From Candidatus Bruticola sp. (lineage in GTDB: Bacteria > Vulcanimicrobiota > Xenobia > Xenobiales > Xenobiaceae): a stretch of 64,000 nt of DNA. Of the stretch, positions 46,277 through 56,198 are shown piece by piece (the stretch's first letter is position 1; every line of letters begins with the position of its first letter). A model generated the notes under the pieces. The model was not told the origin of the DNA and searched no databases. It saw only the letters and a list, made by a program, of their open reading frames with translations. The position numbers and the translations under genes are program-made. Location: the NCBI GenBank assembly GCA_051874735.1, contig JBJEGD010000004.1, positions 110,071 through 174,070 of the forward strand, given 5' to 3'.

Positions 46277-48550
46277 ATGATTCATCCTGCTTTACCTGAA
46301 ATAAAAGAAACTGTCTGTGAGACTGAGCACAGCTGCGCTCCGCTCAATGTCATTGGTCGGTCTGCTTTTCGTCCTGATGCTCCTGGTAAACTTACAGGAC
46401 AGGCCAAATACATAAACGATATATCTGTACACAATATGCTTTACGGGGCTGTCGTGCGCAGTCGTTATGCCAAGGCTCGTATAAAGCGTATCGATACTTC
46501 TAAAGCAGAACAAATGGCTGGCGTATGCTGCATTATGAGCAGCAAAGATCTTCCGGGACCTAACTACATCCCTTTGGTTCGCTGCGATTTGCCGCTTTTA
46601 GCTGACGGGGAAGTGAATTTCGCGGCGCAGCCTGTAGCTTTGGTAGCAGCCGAAACTCTAGAGGAAGCTCAGGCCGCCGCAGCTGCTGTAGAAGTTGAAT
46701 ATGAAGAACTTGAACCTGTTTTATCTATCGATGAAGGGTTGAAAAAAAATTGGATCCTTTGGCACTACCAGCAGTTCAAAGGAGACGTCGATAGTGTTTT
46801 TAACAATCCTGAGCCTGGATTGCATATTTATGAGTCTGTATATACCACTTCTCACCAAGAACATGCTTATTTGGAAACGAATGGCGTTCTGGTTATGCCT
46901 GACGACCGCAGCGGTTGGGTTGTCTACGGTTCTATGCAGTGCCCATTTTATGTGCAGAAAGCGGTTGCCGTAGTTCTAGGCATCGATTTTCAGAAGGTTA
47001 GAGTTATTCAAACGGTAACCGGTGGCGGTTTCGGCGGTAAAGAAGATGCCCCTAGCACTCCTGCCAGTTTAGCTGCAGTACTGAGCTGGAAAACTGGTCG
47101 CCCTATTAAGTTAATATACGGCCGAGAAGAAGACATGGAGTCAATGACTAAACGTCATCCCTCCCGCACAGTTTTTAAAAGTGCAGTCGATAAAAATGGC
47201 CGTATTAAGGCTGTAGACATTCACTATTATGTGGACGGCGGTGCTTACTTAACGCTTTCTAGTATCGTACTTTGGCGTGGTATGCTCCATGCAGGAGGCC
47301 CCTACAATATTCCTAATTTGCGTACTTTGGCCGATGCTGTCGGTTCAAATACTGCACCAAACGGAGCTTTTAGAGGTTTCGGTCAGCCTCAGGTTGTATT
47401 TGCGGCCGATGCCCACTGGGACGACGTCGCCTGCCAGATAGGTATGGATCCTATTGAGTTTAGAAGGATCAATATGCTGCATGTGGGTGACAAGCTTACC
47501 AGCGGTCAGCTCTTGGTAGAGTCGGTTGGCTTCGATGAAGTTGTTGATAAGGTTAAACAAGTAGTCGAATACGATAAAATCAAGGCTTTACCTAAGCATA
47601 AGGGAGATCGTTTCCAGCGCGGCATCGGTTTCTCAGTAAGTCATTACGGGGTTGGCTTGGGGGCTAATGGTGGGCCTAACAATTTCTCCTCTGCCAATGT
47701 TGTCGTTGGTTCTGATGGTTCTGTGCGTGTAGCTGTAGGTACTACGGAAATAGGCCAGGGTATGACTACTGTGCTGTTACAGATAGCTTCTGAAGTGTTG
47801 TGCTGTCCTTACGATCGCATTTATCTTACCGATTCCGATACTGCGCAGGTTCCTGACTCCGGCCCAACTGTAGCCAGCCGCACCACTTTGTGCGCCGGTC
47901 GAGCTGTGCAAGACGCCTGCAGGCAAATTAGGCGGCGTATGGACGATTTCCTTGAGGGCAAAGAAGCTATGGATTGGAAGGAGTCGGTTACAGCTTGCTG
48001 GATTGGCGGGGTGCACATGGCTGCTCAGGGGTACTCCCGCCCAGGTTACAAGCAAACTTTTGAGGATCAGTATGGTCAGGGTGATGCTTATGAAGTTTAC
48101 ACTTGGTGTGCTAATGCTGCCGATGTAACCGTAGATACTTGGACTGGCGAAGTCAAAATTAATCGTTTTGTTAGTGGTCAAGATATCGGACGGGCTTTAA
48201 ATCCGGCTTTGGTAGAGGGACAAATTCAAGGCGGAGCTCTTCAGGGTATAGGTTATACTCTTATGGAGGAATATAAATTCGATAAAGGTCGGATTCTCAA
48301 CAATAATTTATCTACTTATATTTTGCCTACCTCTACCGATGTACCGGAAATCGTTCCTGTCATAGTGGAGCACAATTATTCTTGGGGACCTTTTGGAGCC
48401 AAAGGATTCGGAGAAACCCCCTTAGTGCCTGTAGCTCCGGCCATTATTAATGCTATTGCCAATGCTGTCAATATACGCCTTAAACATCTGCCGGCCACTC
48501 CCGAAAGAGTTTGGGAAGCCCTGCACAATTCAGGAGTTGCACAATTATGA
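46277..48550 (+). CDS. Xanthine dehydrogenase family, molybdopterin-binding subunit
   Basis: QEHAYLE, GGGFGGKED, AFRGFG, EIGQG, ASRTT, EGQIQGG, GAKGFGE. Confidence 0.93.
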   Translation: MIHPALPEIKETVCETEHSCAPLNVIGRSAFRPDAPGKLTGQAKYINDISVHNMLYGAVVRSRYAKARIKRIDTSKAEQMAGVCCIMSSKDLPGPNYIPLVRCDLPLLADGEVNFAAQPVALVAAETLEEAQAAAAAVEVEYEELEPVLSIDEGLKKNWILWHYQQFKGDVDSVFNNPEPGLHIYESVYTTSHQEHAYLETNGVLVMPDDRSGWVVYGSMQCPFYVQKAVAVVLGIDFQKVRVIQTVTGGGFGGKEDAPSTPASLAAVLSWKTGRPIKLIYGREEDMESMTKRHPSRTVFKSAVDKNGRIKAVDIHYYVDGGAYLTLSSIVLWRGMLHAGGPYNIPNLRTLADAVGSNTAPNGAFRGFGQPQVVFAADAHWDDVACQIGMDPIEFRRINMLHVGDKLTSGQLLVESVGFDEVVDKVKQVVEYDKIKALPKHKGDRFQRGIGFSVSHYGVGLGANGGPNNFSSANVVVGSDGSVRVAVGTTEIGQGMTTVLLQIASEVLCCPYDRIYLTDSDTAQVPDSGPTVASRTTLCAGRAVQDACRQIRRRMDDFLEGKEAMDWKESVTACWIGGVHMAAQGYSRPGYKQTFEDQYGQGDAYEVYTWCANAADVTVDTWTGEVKINRFVSGQDIGRALNPALVEGQIQGGALQGIGYTLMEEYKFDKGRILNNNLSTYILPTSTDVPEIVPVIVEHNYSWGPFGAKGFGETPLVPVAPAIINAIANAVNIRLKHLPATPERVWEALHNSGVAQL

Positions 48551-49104
48551 GTGAGAAAAATTTTCGGTTGCAGTGTACCGTTAATGGTCATCCTATAGAT
48601 AAAATGGTCGATCCTAGCGCGCGCCTTCTGGATACGCTGCGCCATGAACTTCACCTTACCGGCGTCAAAGAAGGCTGCGGCAAAGGCGAGTGCGGGGCCT
48701 GTACTATTTTTATGGACGGCAAGCCTGTTGACTCCTGTTTAGTTATGACTATTCAAGCTCAGGGACATAGGCTGGTAACTATTGAGGGATTAGCCTTTGA
48801 AGGTCGCCTCGATTCTGTACAGCAAATGTTTGTGGAAGAGGCCAGTGTGCAGTGCGGTTTCTGTATTCCCGGCATGGTTATGGCTGCCCGCGCACTTATA
48901 GAGGAAAATCCCAATCCTTCTCTCGATGAAATACGCCACGCTTTAGGCGGTAATATCTGCCGCTGCACTGGCTATCATAAAATTTTCCGGGCGGTGATGA
49001 GAGCTGCAGCCATTGAAAGGGAGTTGCGCCAATCTGGTCAGCCTTCAGGACTCAAAGATATTGAAGGAATTCATCCTGCACCGTCCGCTGATATAGACGA
49101 CTAA
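48547..49104 (+). CDS. Xanthine dehydrogenase family, (2Fe-2S) subunit
   Basis: GCGKGECGACT...SC and QCGFC...NICRCTGY; ATGA overlap with the upstream stop sets the start at 48547. Confidence 0.93.
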   Translation: MSEKNFRLQCTVNGHPIDKMVDPSARLLDTLRHELHLTGVKEGCGKGECGACTIFMDGKPVDSCLVMTIQAQGHRLVTIEGLAFEGRLDSVQQMFVEEASVQCGFCIPGMVMAARALIEENPNPSLDEIRHALGGNICRCTGYHKIFRAVMRAAAIERELRQSGQPSGLKDIEGIHPAPSADIDD

Positions 49105-49127
49105 GCACATTAAGGAGCACCTTATTT

Positions 49128-49991
49128 ATGAATTTGCAGGTACAGCGTTTTACTGAATTGGGAGCTCTGCTGCAAGCTGCCGAAAGTTGCCAGGAAAAAA
49201 TTTTCTATTTGGCTGGCGGTACAGATCTTATGGTTCAGCGGGCAGCTGGTTTACTTCCCCCTGCTGTTTGGATGGATATTTCCGATATACCCGATCTGCA
49301 TGGCATAAGGTGCAGTCAGGGTAAAATAACCATCGGTTCCGGTGTATCGCACCACGAAATTATGCGCAGCCGTTTGCTGCAAAAGTATGCTCCTGCTTTA
49401 GTACAAGCTAGTTCTAATGTGGGTGGGCCTCAAGTGCGTTCCCGAGGTACAATCGGCGGCAATTTAGGTAACGGATCGCCAGCGGCGGATACTGTGCCAG
49501 CTCTGTATAGCTTGGGAGCTGAAGTTAATATTGTCTCTTTGCACAAAGAACGAAGCGTTAAGGTGGAAGATTTCACTTTGCGCCCTCGTCGTACGGTTCT
49601 TGAACCTGGGGAGATTATTTATAGCATATCTTTTCCTGCTCGCGAGAATATGCGCGGAGTGTGGAACGCCAAAGCTCAGCGTAATTCGTTGGCTATAAGT
49701 AAAATTAATATCGGCTTAAGTTATATACTAAAAGATAAAGAACCCAATGAAATTTCTTTTAGCTATTTAGGCTTAGCTTTCGGTTCTGTAGGGTTGACTG
49801 TGCTGAGAGCACCTCGCACCGAAGAGTTCCTTTTAGCAAACAATTTAACTGAGAATATTCTTAAGAAGGCAGCTCATTTGGCTTCAGAAGAGGTGAAGCC
49901 TATTTCCGATATTCGTTCTACTGCTGAATATAGGCGTTCTATGGCTAAGGTGTTGCTATACGATGCTCTGAGCAATTTGTTAGTAAAGTAG
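49128..49991 (+). CDS. Xanthine dehydrogenase family, FAD-binding subunit
   Basis: LAGGTDL, RGTIGGNLGNGSPAAD, PISDIRSTAEYR; AAGGAG RBS. Confidence 0.92.
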   Translation: MNLQVQRFTELGALLQAAESCQEKIFYLAGGTDLMVQRAAGLLPPAVWMDISDIPDLHGIRCSQGKITIGSGVSHHEIMRSRLLQKYAPALVQASSNVGGPQVRSRGTIGGNLGNGSPAADTVPALYSLGAEVNIVSLHKERSVKVEDFTLRPRRTVLEPGEIIYSISFPARENMRGVWNAKAQRNSLAISKINIGLSYILKDKEPNEISFSYLGLAFGSVGLTVLRAPRTEEFLLANNLTENILKKAAHLASEEVKPISDIRSTAEYRRSMAKVLLYDALSNLLVK

Positions 49992-50009
49992 TATAGGCAT
50001 CAATATAAA

Positions 50010-50058
50010 AAAGGCCGCTGTCTGAACTAGTTCGTAACTAACACAGACAGCGGCCTTT
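50010..50058. terminator. Bidirectional intrinsic terminator
   Basis: Perfect 15-bp inverted repeat AAAGGCCGCTGTCTG / CAGACAGCGGCCTTT between convergent genes. Confidence 0.85.
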
Positions 50059-50084
50059 ATTGTGTATTATTTGTGCAGAGTATA

Positions 50085-50510
50085 TTACTCAACTTCTAAG
50101 CGAATTTTCATAGAATTAGTACGTTTGTGTCCGCTAGTTTGGACGAAATGCAGCTCGCCAGAGCCTCTAGCGTTGCTGCTGGAAGAGTCGAAATAAAATA
50201 CTTTGCACCCTGTTTCCGGATTTTCAGCAGAAGGCTGCTGAAATTTTTCAACGCCGGCTAAGGGAAAGTGTTTGCTGGTCCGAGTCAGTTCTGTTTCGAT
50301 AGAAAGCTCACCGCCTGTGGGAAACTCAATTCCGAACAGTCCGGTGTTGTAATCTATTTCCAGTATGCATGGCTGTGCAGGATAGATCCGCCCTTTTTTC
50401 TTTAGTTCTTTGTATAGAGGTGAGGGCGGGCGATGCAGAGTGGGGACTGATAGGGGAGTGGCCGACAACTTATGCCTCCGGCATGTGTATTGCATAACAG
50501 CAGGCTTCAA
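50085..50510 (-). CDS. Hypothetical protein
   Basis: 141 aa ORF filling the gap between the radical SAM gene and the terminator; beta-rich C-terminal half; start uncertain. Confidence 0.45.
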   Translation of the reverse strand: MKPAVMQYTCRRHKLSATPLSVPTLHRPPSPLYKELKKKGRIYPAQPCILEIDYNTGLFGIEFPTGGELSIETELTRTSKHFPLAGVEKFQQPSAENPETGCKVFYFDSSSSNARGSGELHFVQTSGHKRTNSMKIRLEVE

Positions 50511-50575
50511 AACCGTAAAGCTGCTGTTTGCTGAATTTTGGGCAGTCTCTATGAAAAAGACTGTCCGACACTAGT

Positions 50576-51997
50576 TTATTTTTTAGGGATACGCCGTGTC
50601 TGTGCGGACCACCAGCGCTCGCGCTCTATGTTAGCTTCCGAACCAGACTCATGCATACCTATATCAACAGCTATTTCCCCTTTGCCGCAATAGTTGCCAA
50701 TTTGTCTATCAACATTCAGGGGATCGCAAGCTGTAATATAACCTATGAGAAGTGGGGCGTGAGGAAGCTGGCTCAAGTTCCAGCCTAGCTTTAAACGCAC
50801 AAACAAGCTAAAAAAGTCGGGCAGCAGTTTTAGCGTCTTTAGGCTAAGCAGCGAAAAACCTAGACGCAGAAACCACATGAACTTATCGAAGATCGTTTGT
50901 ACTTGGGGAAGCATATCTAAAACAGGTTCAACTCTACTCCAATCGACAAAGTCGGAAATGGACATGAACTGCTTGTTAGATCTGATTAGAAGGTTGTGCT
51001 GCACGTACAGACACTTGCGCACCCCAAGGAAGGAGAGCAAAGCGAAGTATAGCTTTTGGAAAAAGAAGCATTCCTGCCTAGGACAGAGACCGCCGCTTTG
51101 TTGATGGACTAAGTCTATAACTTGATCTGGCATCAGCAGATCTTGGCTGTCTCGGAAATAGCCCAGGGCTCTTGTACCCAAAAACATTACTTCACGAACA
51201 AAATTGTGTTCTCTGGCATAGTCGAGCACTTTGCCTATTTCTTTTTCGTTGCAGTTGGGCATAATAACCATTACCAAACTAACGGCTATGCCCAGATCTT
51301 GAAGATTTTTGAGCGTTTTTAGTTTAGTGTGAGTTAGGCGAGCGCCTCTTATGCGCATATAAGCGTCGTCATCAAAACCATCGAACTGAAGGAAAACTTC
51401 GTCTAGACCAGCTTCTTTAAGAGACTTGGCATAGTTGTAATCAGCTAATTTTATGCCGTTGGTGTGCAAAGAAGCGATATGACCGCGTTTATGAATTTCA
51501 TTTAAAAATTCAGGCAGATTTTGACAAAGAGTCGGTTCTGCAGAAATAAGATCTATCTTCAGCTTGCGTCCTTTATTTCGTTCCATAAAGGCTACAAGTT
51601 GTTCTAATTTTAAGTCGGGAATTGGAGGCGGGGCCTGATTAGTATTTGAATCGGCACTGGCCAAACAGATAGGACATTGCAAATTGCATTTTTCTGTCAT
51701 GCGCACTAAGTAATCGCGCTGTCTCAATTCTTTGCCTTGCATTACTTCAAAAAAGTAATTATCCAGGGGAACATAATAATCGGCATGTTCAGAAATTAGG
51801 CATTTAGAAAGGCCGTGTTCGGGACATTCCTTGTATAAGTAGATCTTGCCGTCGTTCTCCGCCGTATAAGCGGGGACATCGCGCAGGCAGGTTGGGCACA
51901 CCGAAGCGGTTCTGCGTATAATTTTTAAATTCGTATCCATTGGAAAATTCCCGAAAATATCCGACAATTTGATTTGCTTTAAAAAGCTTTTGAGCAT
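50576..51997 (-). CDS. Radical SAM protein of the MJ0619/Tes-like family, divergent
   Basis: N-terminal CPTC...CPEHG, CNLQCPIC, HTNGIKL, EAGLDEVFLQFDG; true start may be Met at 51940. Confidence 0.85.
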   Translation of the reverse strand: MLKSFLKQIKLSDIFGNFPMDTNLKIIRRTASVCPTCLRDVPAYTAENDGKIYLYKECPEHGLSKCLISEHADYYVPLDNYFFEVMQGKELRQRDYLVRMTEKCNLQCPICLASADSNTNQAPPPIPDLKLEQLVAFMERNKGRKLKIDLISAEPTLCQNLPEFLNEIHKRGHIASLHTNGIKLADYNYAKSLKEAGLDEVFLQFDGFDDDAYMRIRGARLTHTKLKTLKNLQDLGIAVSLVMVIMPNCNEKEIGKVLDYAREHNFVREVMFLGTRALGYFRDSQDLLMPDQVIDLVHQQSGGLCPRQECFFFQKLYFALLSFLGVRKCLYVQHNLLIRSNKQFMSISDFVDWSRVEPVLDMLPQVQTIFDKFMWFLRLGFSLLSLKTLKLLPDFFSLFVRLKLGWNLSQLPHAPLLIGYITACDPLNVDRQIGNYCGKGEIAVDIGMHESGSEANIERERWWSAQTRRIPKK

Positions 51998-52143
51998 ATA
52001 CTGGGAATCCTGCTTATAGCTTTTAAGAAAATGATTTTTTGCGGTTCAAAGTATGCAGGCCTACCTAATATATGGCAGAATTTTTTAATAGATTTTTTAG
52101 GTAATCACCTAAGATATATAAAGAGCTGGCTGTATACTGAGCT

Positions 52144-53829
52144 TTGTGTGGGGATATTTTAGTCTTTATGAATCTTAAATTGTTTTTTAAGCGAGTAGCT
52201 GTTTTAGGGACTGTAGTTTCGCTTTTTTGGGGCTGCAGTTTCGACGTCCAAGCTCAGGGCGTTTGGCGTAAAGTAAAGGGTAGGGATCGCACACATGTAG
52301 TTCAAGCTGGCGAAAATCTCTATACTATAGCCCAGAATTATGGCTTAGCTATTGAACATCTGGCCTTTGCTAACGATCGTGATCCTAACAATATAAATGT
52401 CGCTCCAGGTACGTCTCTCATTATTCCAGGACGCCGAGTTCTGCCAAGTAATCCTCCACAAAATGGATTAGTAGTTAATCTACCTGAAAGAGGAGTATTT
52501 CTGTTTCGCAACGGAAGCTTTGAGAAGTTTTATCCTATCGCTATTGGGCAAAGCGGCAAATTTGAAACTCCGTGTGGCAACTATGTTATAGAATCGCGTA
52601 CTAAAGACCCTGCTTGGTTCCCGCCTGAATGGGCTGGCTTAAAAGATGAGGTTGTACCTGCGGGACCAGATAATCCTTTGGGCGATCGTTGGATAGGAAT
52701 TAGTGCGCCTGGTATAGGATTTCATTCGACAACCTCTCCAATGTCAATTGGCCAGTCCGTTTCTCATGGATGTATGAGAATGTATCCCAATTCTGTACAT
52801 GAGCTTTTTGAAAAGGTACAAGTTGGTTGGCCAGTACGCATAGACTATGAAATTTCCAAAATTGGTTGCGACTACGACGAAGATCGTTATTATTTAGCTG
52901 TTTTCCCCGACGTTTACAATCGTCAAGCTCCAAATTCTTCAGTAAAGAATACTTTGCGTCAGGCCGGTTTAGAAGCTTCTGAGTCTGACTTAGGCTATTT
53001 TGCTAAAACGGACGGAGTGTGCAAAGAACTTTATGTTAGTAGCGTAAGTGTTTCAGTTGGTACTGAACGTCTAAAAGATTGGCCAGTAGAGCCATCTATG
53101 ATTGACGGCACAATTTGGGGTTCTCCTAAAATAGCAGCCGCTGTAGGTCTAAATGTAGAATGGGACAACTACAATCAGGTTGTGAAAGTCAGTCGCAGTA
53201 AAGATATCCTTTATTTCCCCATTTATGATGATTACGTCTTAGATTTTAACGAAGTCCCTGTAGGCTGTAGGGCTTGGGTTGCCGGAAAAGCCCGTAAAAT
53301 AGGGGCGGTTACCGTTATCCCGCTTCGTCCAGTTCTGAAAGCCTTTAATGTGCCCAATCAGTGGATTGAGGAAGAAAGGGAACTGCGCATATCTACTTTG
53401 CCTAAAAGCAAAGCTGCTGTGAAAAAAGTTCAGTCTTCTGCTGCCAAGTCTGAGCCAAAATCTGGTATGAAGTCTGCTTCTAAATCTGAAGTTAAGGATT
53501 CTCAATCTAGTGAAAAACAGCTTCAGCCTTCTTCTGCAGTTGAGGCTTCTGAAGTTGATAAAGTTCCTGTTGGCGAAGAGCAAGTCAACAAAAATTTACC
53601 GAAGCCATCGACTGATGGAAAAGGAGCTTCTTCGAAAAATGGGGTTAATTCTGTGCAGGAAGAAAAACAAGAATTGACTCCTATTGTGCCTCAGACCGCT
53701 CCGTTGCCGGAAGAAAAATTATCTTCACCCGAAGATGAGCCTGATAGAGCTAAATATCGCTCTTGGCATCAGAATAAAACGCAAAATCAGCACTCAGATC
53801 AGCAAAATGACAAAGTTGGTATTGAGTAA
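52144..53829 (+). CDS. L,D-transpeptidase with LysM, a copper-amine-oxidase-N-like domain and a disordered tail
   Basis: LysM HVVQAGENLYTIAQNYG; VVNLPE, YPIAIG, GPDNPLG, FHST...SHGCMRM; VIPLRPVLKAF...W; start probably the internal Met at 52168. Confidence 0.9.
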   Translation: MCGDILVFMNLKLFFKRVAVLGTVVSLFWGCSFDVQAQGVWRKVKGRDRTHVVQAGENLYTIAQNYGLAIEHLAFANDRDPNNINVAPGTSLIIPGRRVLPSNPPQNGLVVNLPERGVFLFRNGSFEKFYPIAIGQSGKFETPCGNYVIESRTKDPAWFPPEWAGLKDEVVPAGPDNPLGDRWIGISAPGIGFHSTTSPMSIGQSVSHGCMRMYPNSVHELFEKVQVGWPVRIDYEISKIGCDYDEDRYYLAVFPDVYNRQAPNSSVKNTLRQAGLEASESDLGYFAKTDGVCKELYVSSVSVSVGTERLKDWPVEPSMIDGTIWGSPKIAAAVGLNVEWDNYNQVVKVSRSKDILYFPIYDDYVLDFNEVPVGCRAWVAGKARKIGAVTVIPLRPVLKAFNVPNQWIEEERELRISTLPKSKAAVKKVQSSAAKSEPKSGMKSASKSEVKDSQSSEKQLQPSSAVEASEVDKVPVGEEQVNKNLPKPSTDGKGASSKNGVNSVQEEKQELTPIVPQTAPLPEEKLSSPEDEPDRAKYRSWHQNKTQNQHSDQQNDKVGIE

Positions 53830-53890
53830 AGGCCTTTAATTTATAGCTTGTCATACTGTAGGTTATAAACAAGTTAGGAGACAATGAGCT

Positions 53891-54415
53891 GTGTTATTCA
53901 GAAAATATTTAACACAAGCTGCTGCCGTTGGTTTGTTAATTACAGCAGCTGCTTGTACTGGGAGTACGCCTGACGGACCTAATCCGGGCAATATTGTTCC
54001 TGGCACAGGCATTAAGGAAGTTTCTTTATTCGATACAGAGAAACAAGTCGTCAATACTTTAGGAGAACCTAAAACTTGTACAAAGAATCCGTTTAATTCT
54101 TCGAATGTAATTGTGCAGTATCCAGATAAAGGGATAGAAATTTCTTATCTTAATGGAGTTGTAGGCAGCATTCTACTCTATGCTCCGGGAAATAAAGATG
54201 GCGTGGCCTGGCAGACTTACCAGGGAGCAACCTCTGAGGGATTGTGGCCTGAATCTAATCTTAAAACAATTAAGAGCAAACTGGGGGCCCCTCTTAAGGA
54301 GCTTCCTCAAGCTGTTGTCTATCCGGGGTTATGGATTCGTCTCGATACTAAAGGAAATGTTGAAAGTTTCAGCATAAGCAAAGATGAAGCTAGTCAGTTA
54401 AAAAACTTAGAGTAA
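53891..54415 (+). CDS. Putative lipoprotein with a two-fold internal repeat
   Basis: Lipobox-like ITAAAC, AGGAG RBS; repeats ...VVNTLGEP and ...IKSKLGAP each followed by YP. Confidence 0.65.
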   Translation: MLFRKYLTQAAAVGLLITAAACTGSTPDGPNPGNIVPGTGIKEVSLFDTEKQVVNTLGEPKTCTKNPFNSSNVIVQYPDKGIEISYLNGVVGSILLYAPGNKDGVAWQTYQGATSEGLWPESNLKTIKSKLGAPLKELPQAVVYPGLWIRLDTKGNVESFSISKDEASQLKNLE

Positions 54416-54450
54416 CCCTTTACAAAGTGAAATTATAATTACTGTCAGAT

Positions 54451-54500
54451 AAAAAAAACGCCTGTCTTATCTTTTCACAAGATTAAGTTGGCGTTTTTTT
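54451..54500. terminator. Bidirectional intrinsic terminator
   Basis: AAAAAAACGCC...GGCGTTTTTTT with inner CTT/AAG pairing between convergent genes. Confidence 0.75.
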
Positions 54501-54521
54501 ATGACAATTTTGAAATTAAAA

Positions 54522-55007
54522 CTAGGCTTGAGTTAAAGCGTTCAAATCATGTTTGGCATAAGGGTTATTGGGATCGAGTTCCAAAGCTTTTTTTAGACTC
54601 TCGATTGCCTCTTCTTTTTTACCTTTTTGAGCCATAACGTTACCACGTAGATAATGGATCATGGTATTGTTGTCGTCTAGAGCGGAGGCCTGAGCTAACT
54701 GCTCTAAGGCTAAATCTAGGTAAGCGCCGCCCTTTTGAGCGTATAGATTAGCGAGCATTACCCAGCCGTCAATATTCATAAAGTTTTCACGCAGGCTTTT
54801 CTGAATAAAATCGACAGCAGGATCTATGAAACCTGCCGCTCCGTAAATTTCTGCTAGTTTGTAGAGCACTTCCGCATCGCGGGGATCGAATTTGTAAGCT
54901 TCAGTAAACTCTTGAATTGCTTCGTTAATCTCTCCAGCCTCATAACTGCGTTTGCCGCGTTCGCGATGAAGTTCAGCCATGCGATAATGTTCGTTACTCA
55001 TTGTCAT
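54522..55007 (-). CDS. Tetratricopeptide repeat protein
   Basis: About 4 TPR units, e.g. AIESLKKALELDPNN. Confidence 0.88.
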   Translation of the reverse strand: MTMSNEHYRMAELHRERGKRSYEAGEINEAIQEFTEAYKFDPRDAEVLYKLAEIYGAAGFIDPAVDFIQKSLRENFMNIDGWVMLANLYAQKGGAYLDLALEQLAQASALDDNNTMIHYLRGNVMAQKGKKEEAIESLKKALELDPNNPYAKHDLNALTQA

Positions 55008-55100
55008 AGTAAAACTACCCTCTACTACATAAGTTCTCTCTCAAGTACCTTTCTTCTATCATGAGCAATAAACCTTTATAACAGGGTTTTTATCAATTTT

Positions 55101-56180
55101 TCAGCTTTTATTTTTATCTGTTTTATCAGAGAATTTGAGCCAGTTATTTTTATCAATCCACTCGATAGTTTTGTTGGCCCAATAGGTATGAACTAATCCG
55201 TTGGGGTGGTTGCCGAAATTGCCGCCTACTCTGTAAGCACTTGTATTTAATTTTTTATTGCCGATATTAACTAGGTAGGGAGAAAGACCATCTTCTATTT
55301 CTTTGTTATTTCCCGGCCCCATACTAGGATCCATATTGAAAGCAACAAATTTCACGTGGTGAAGAGAGGCCGTTTTTTGCATCTCTTCAATTAGGGCTGA
55401 GGATAACTTATTATATCGCCGATACCGTTTGATTTCTGGCTGGCGCTGATAAAAATTGTACATGGTTAAATAGTAGTAATAGCGGAAGAAAGTGTAAGCA
55501 GAAGAACTGAGAGATATAAAATTCTCCAATTTATAGTAAGGGTAAGTGCGCAGTCTTCCGAATATGTCGAAGTCCGCATAGGGGGCTTGACGATACCTGC
55601 CGTGGGGACCAGATAAAAGGCAGTATTTAGAATTGCGACGCCCGTGATCTTTGATAAAATAATAAATTACTCCGTCGTAATGGCGTTGCTCCAACCAATA
55701 TTGCATCATTAGTAGGCATTGTAAAGTTCCATATCCTTTGACGCCAAAATTATCAAAGCGTGTACGCGGATAATGTTCGTTCAATTTCCAAACTAAAGTT
55801 TCTTCGTCTGCTACTCCCATTCCGTATGTTTGTGAACAACCAACTACTAAAATACGAGAGTCGTAATCTTTTTTTTCTTCCGGGCTGCTGCGCCGGGAGG
55901 TGTCCATATTCGTGTGCTCTACTACGTTGGGGTCTTCGCTGGAAATAACAGCTCCTCTGAAAGATATATGATCGGTCAACTGCTGCAGATCGTAGAGCGG
56001 ATCGACTTTTTTTATATTAGCCATCTGCCCAGGAGCGTATCCGTGGACACGCAAATATACTTCAGCCTGTAAAAACAGGAAGAGGGCAAAGACAACTGCT
56101 AAATATACGGTACGGTGCCAGTTTCGGCTAGGAGTTACAAGCTTCCGCCAATTAAATTTTGATTTATTGCTATTTGACAT
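55101..56180 (-). CDS. Membrane-anchored SGNH/GDSL hydrolase-like protein
   Basis: N-terminal TM; block I ILVVGCSQTYGMG, block II NFGVKGYGT, C-terminal GNHPN. Confidence 0.72.
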   Translation of the reverse strand: MSNSNKSKFNWRKLVTPSRNWHRTVYLAVVFALFLFLQAEVYLRVHGYAPGQMANIKKVDPLYDLQQLTDHISFRGAVISSEDPNVVEHTNMDTSRRSSPEEKKDYDSRILVVGCSQTYGMGVADEETLVWKLNEHYPRTRFDNFGVKGYGTLQCLLMMQYWLEQRHYDGVIYYFIKDHGRRNSKYCLLSGPHGRYRQAPYADFDIFGRLRTYPYYKLENFISLSSSAYTFFRYYYYLTMYNFYQRQPEIKRYRRYNKLSSALIEEMQKTASLHHVKFVAFNMDPSMGPGNNKEIEDGLSPYLVNIGNKKLNTSAYRVGGNFGNHPNGLVHTYWANKTIEWIDKNNWLKFSDKTDKNKS

Positions 56181-56198
56181 TTCTGGGAAATTAATTGA

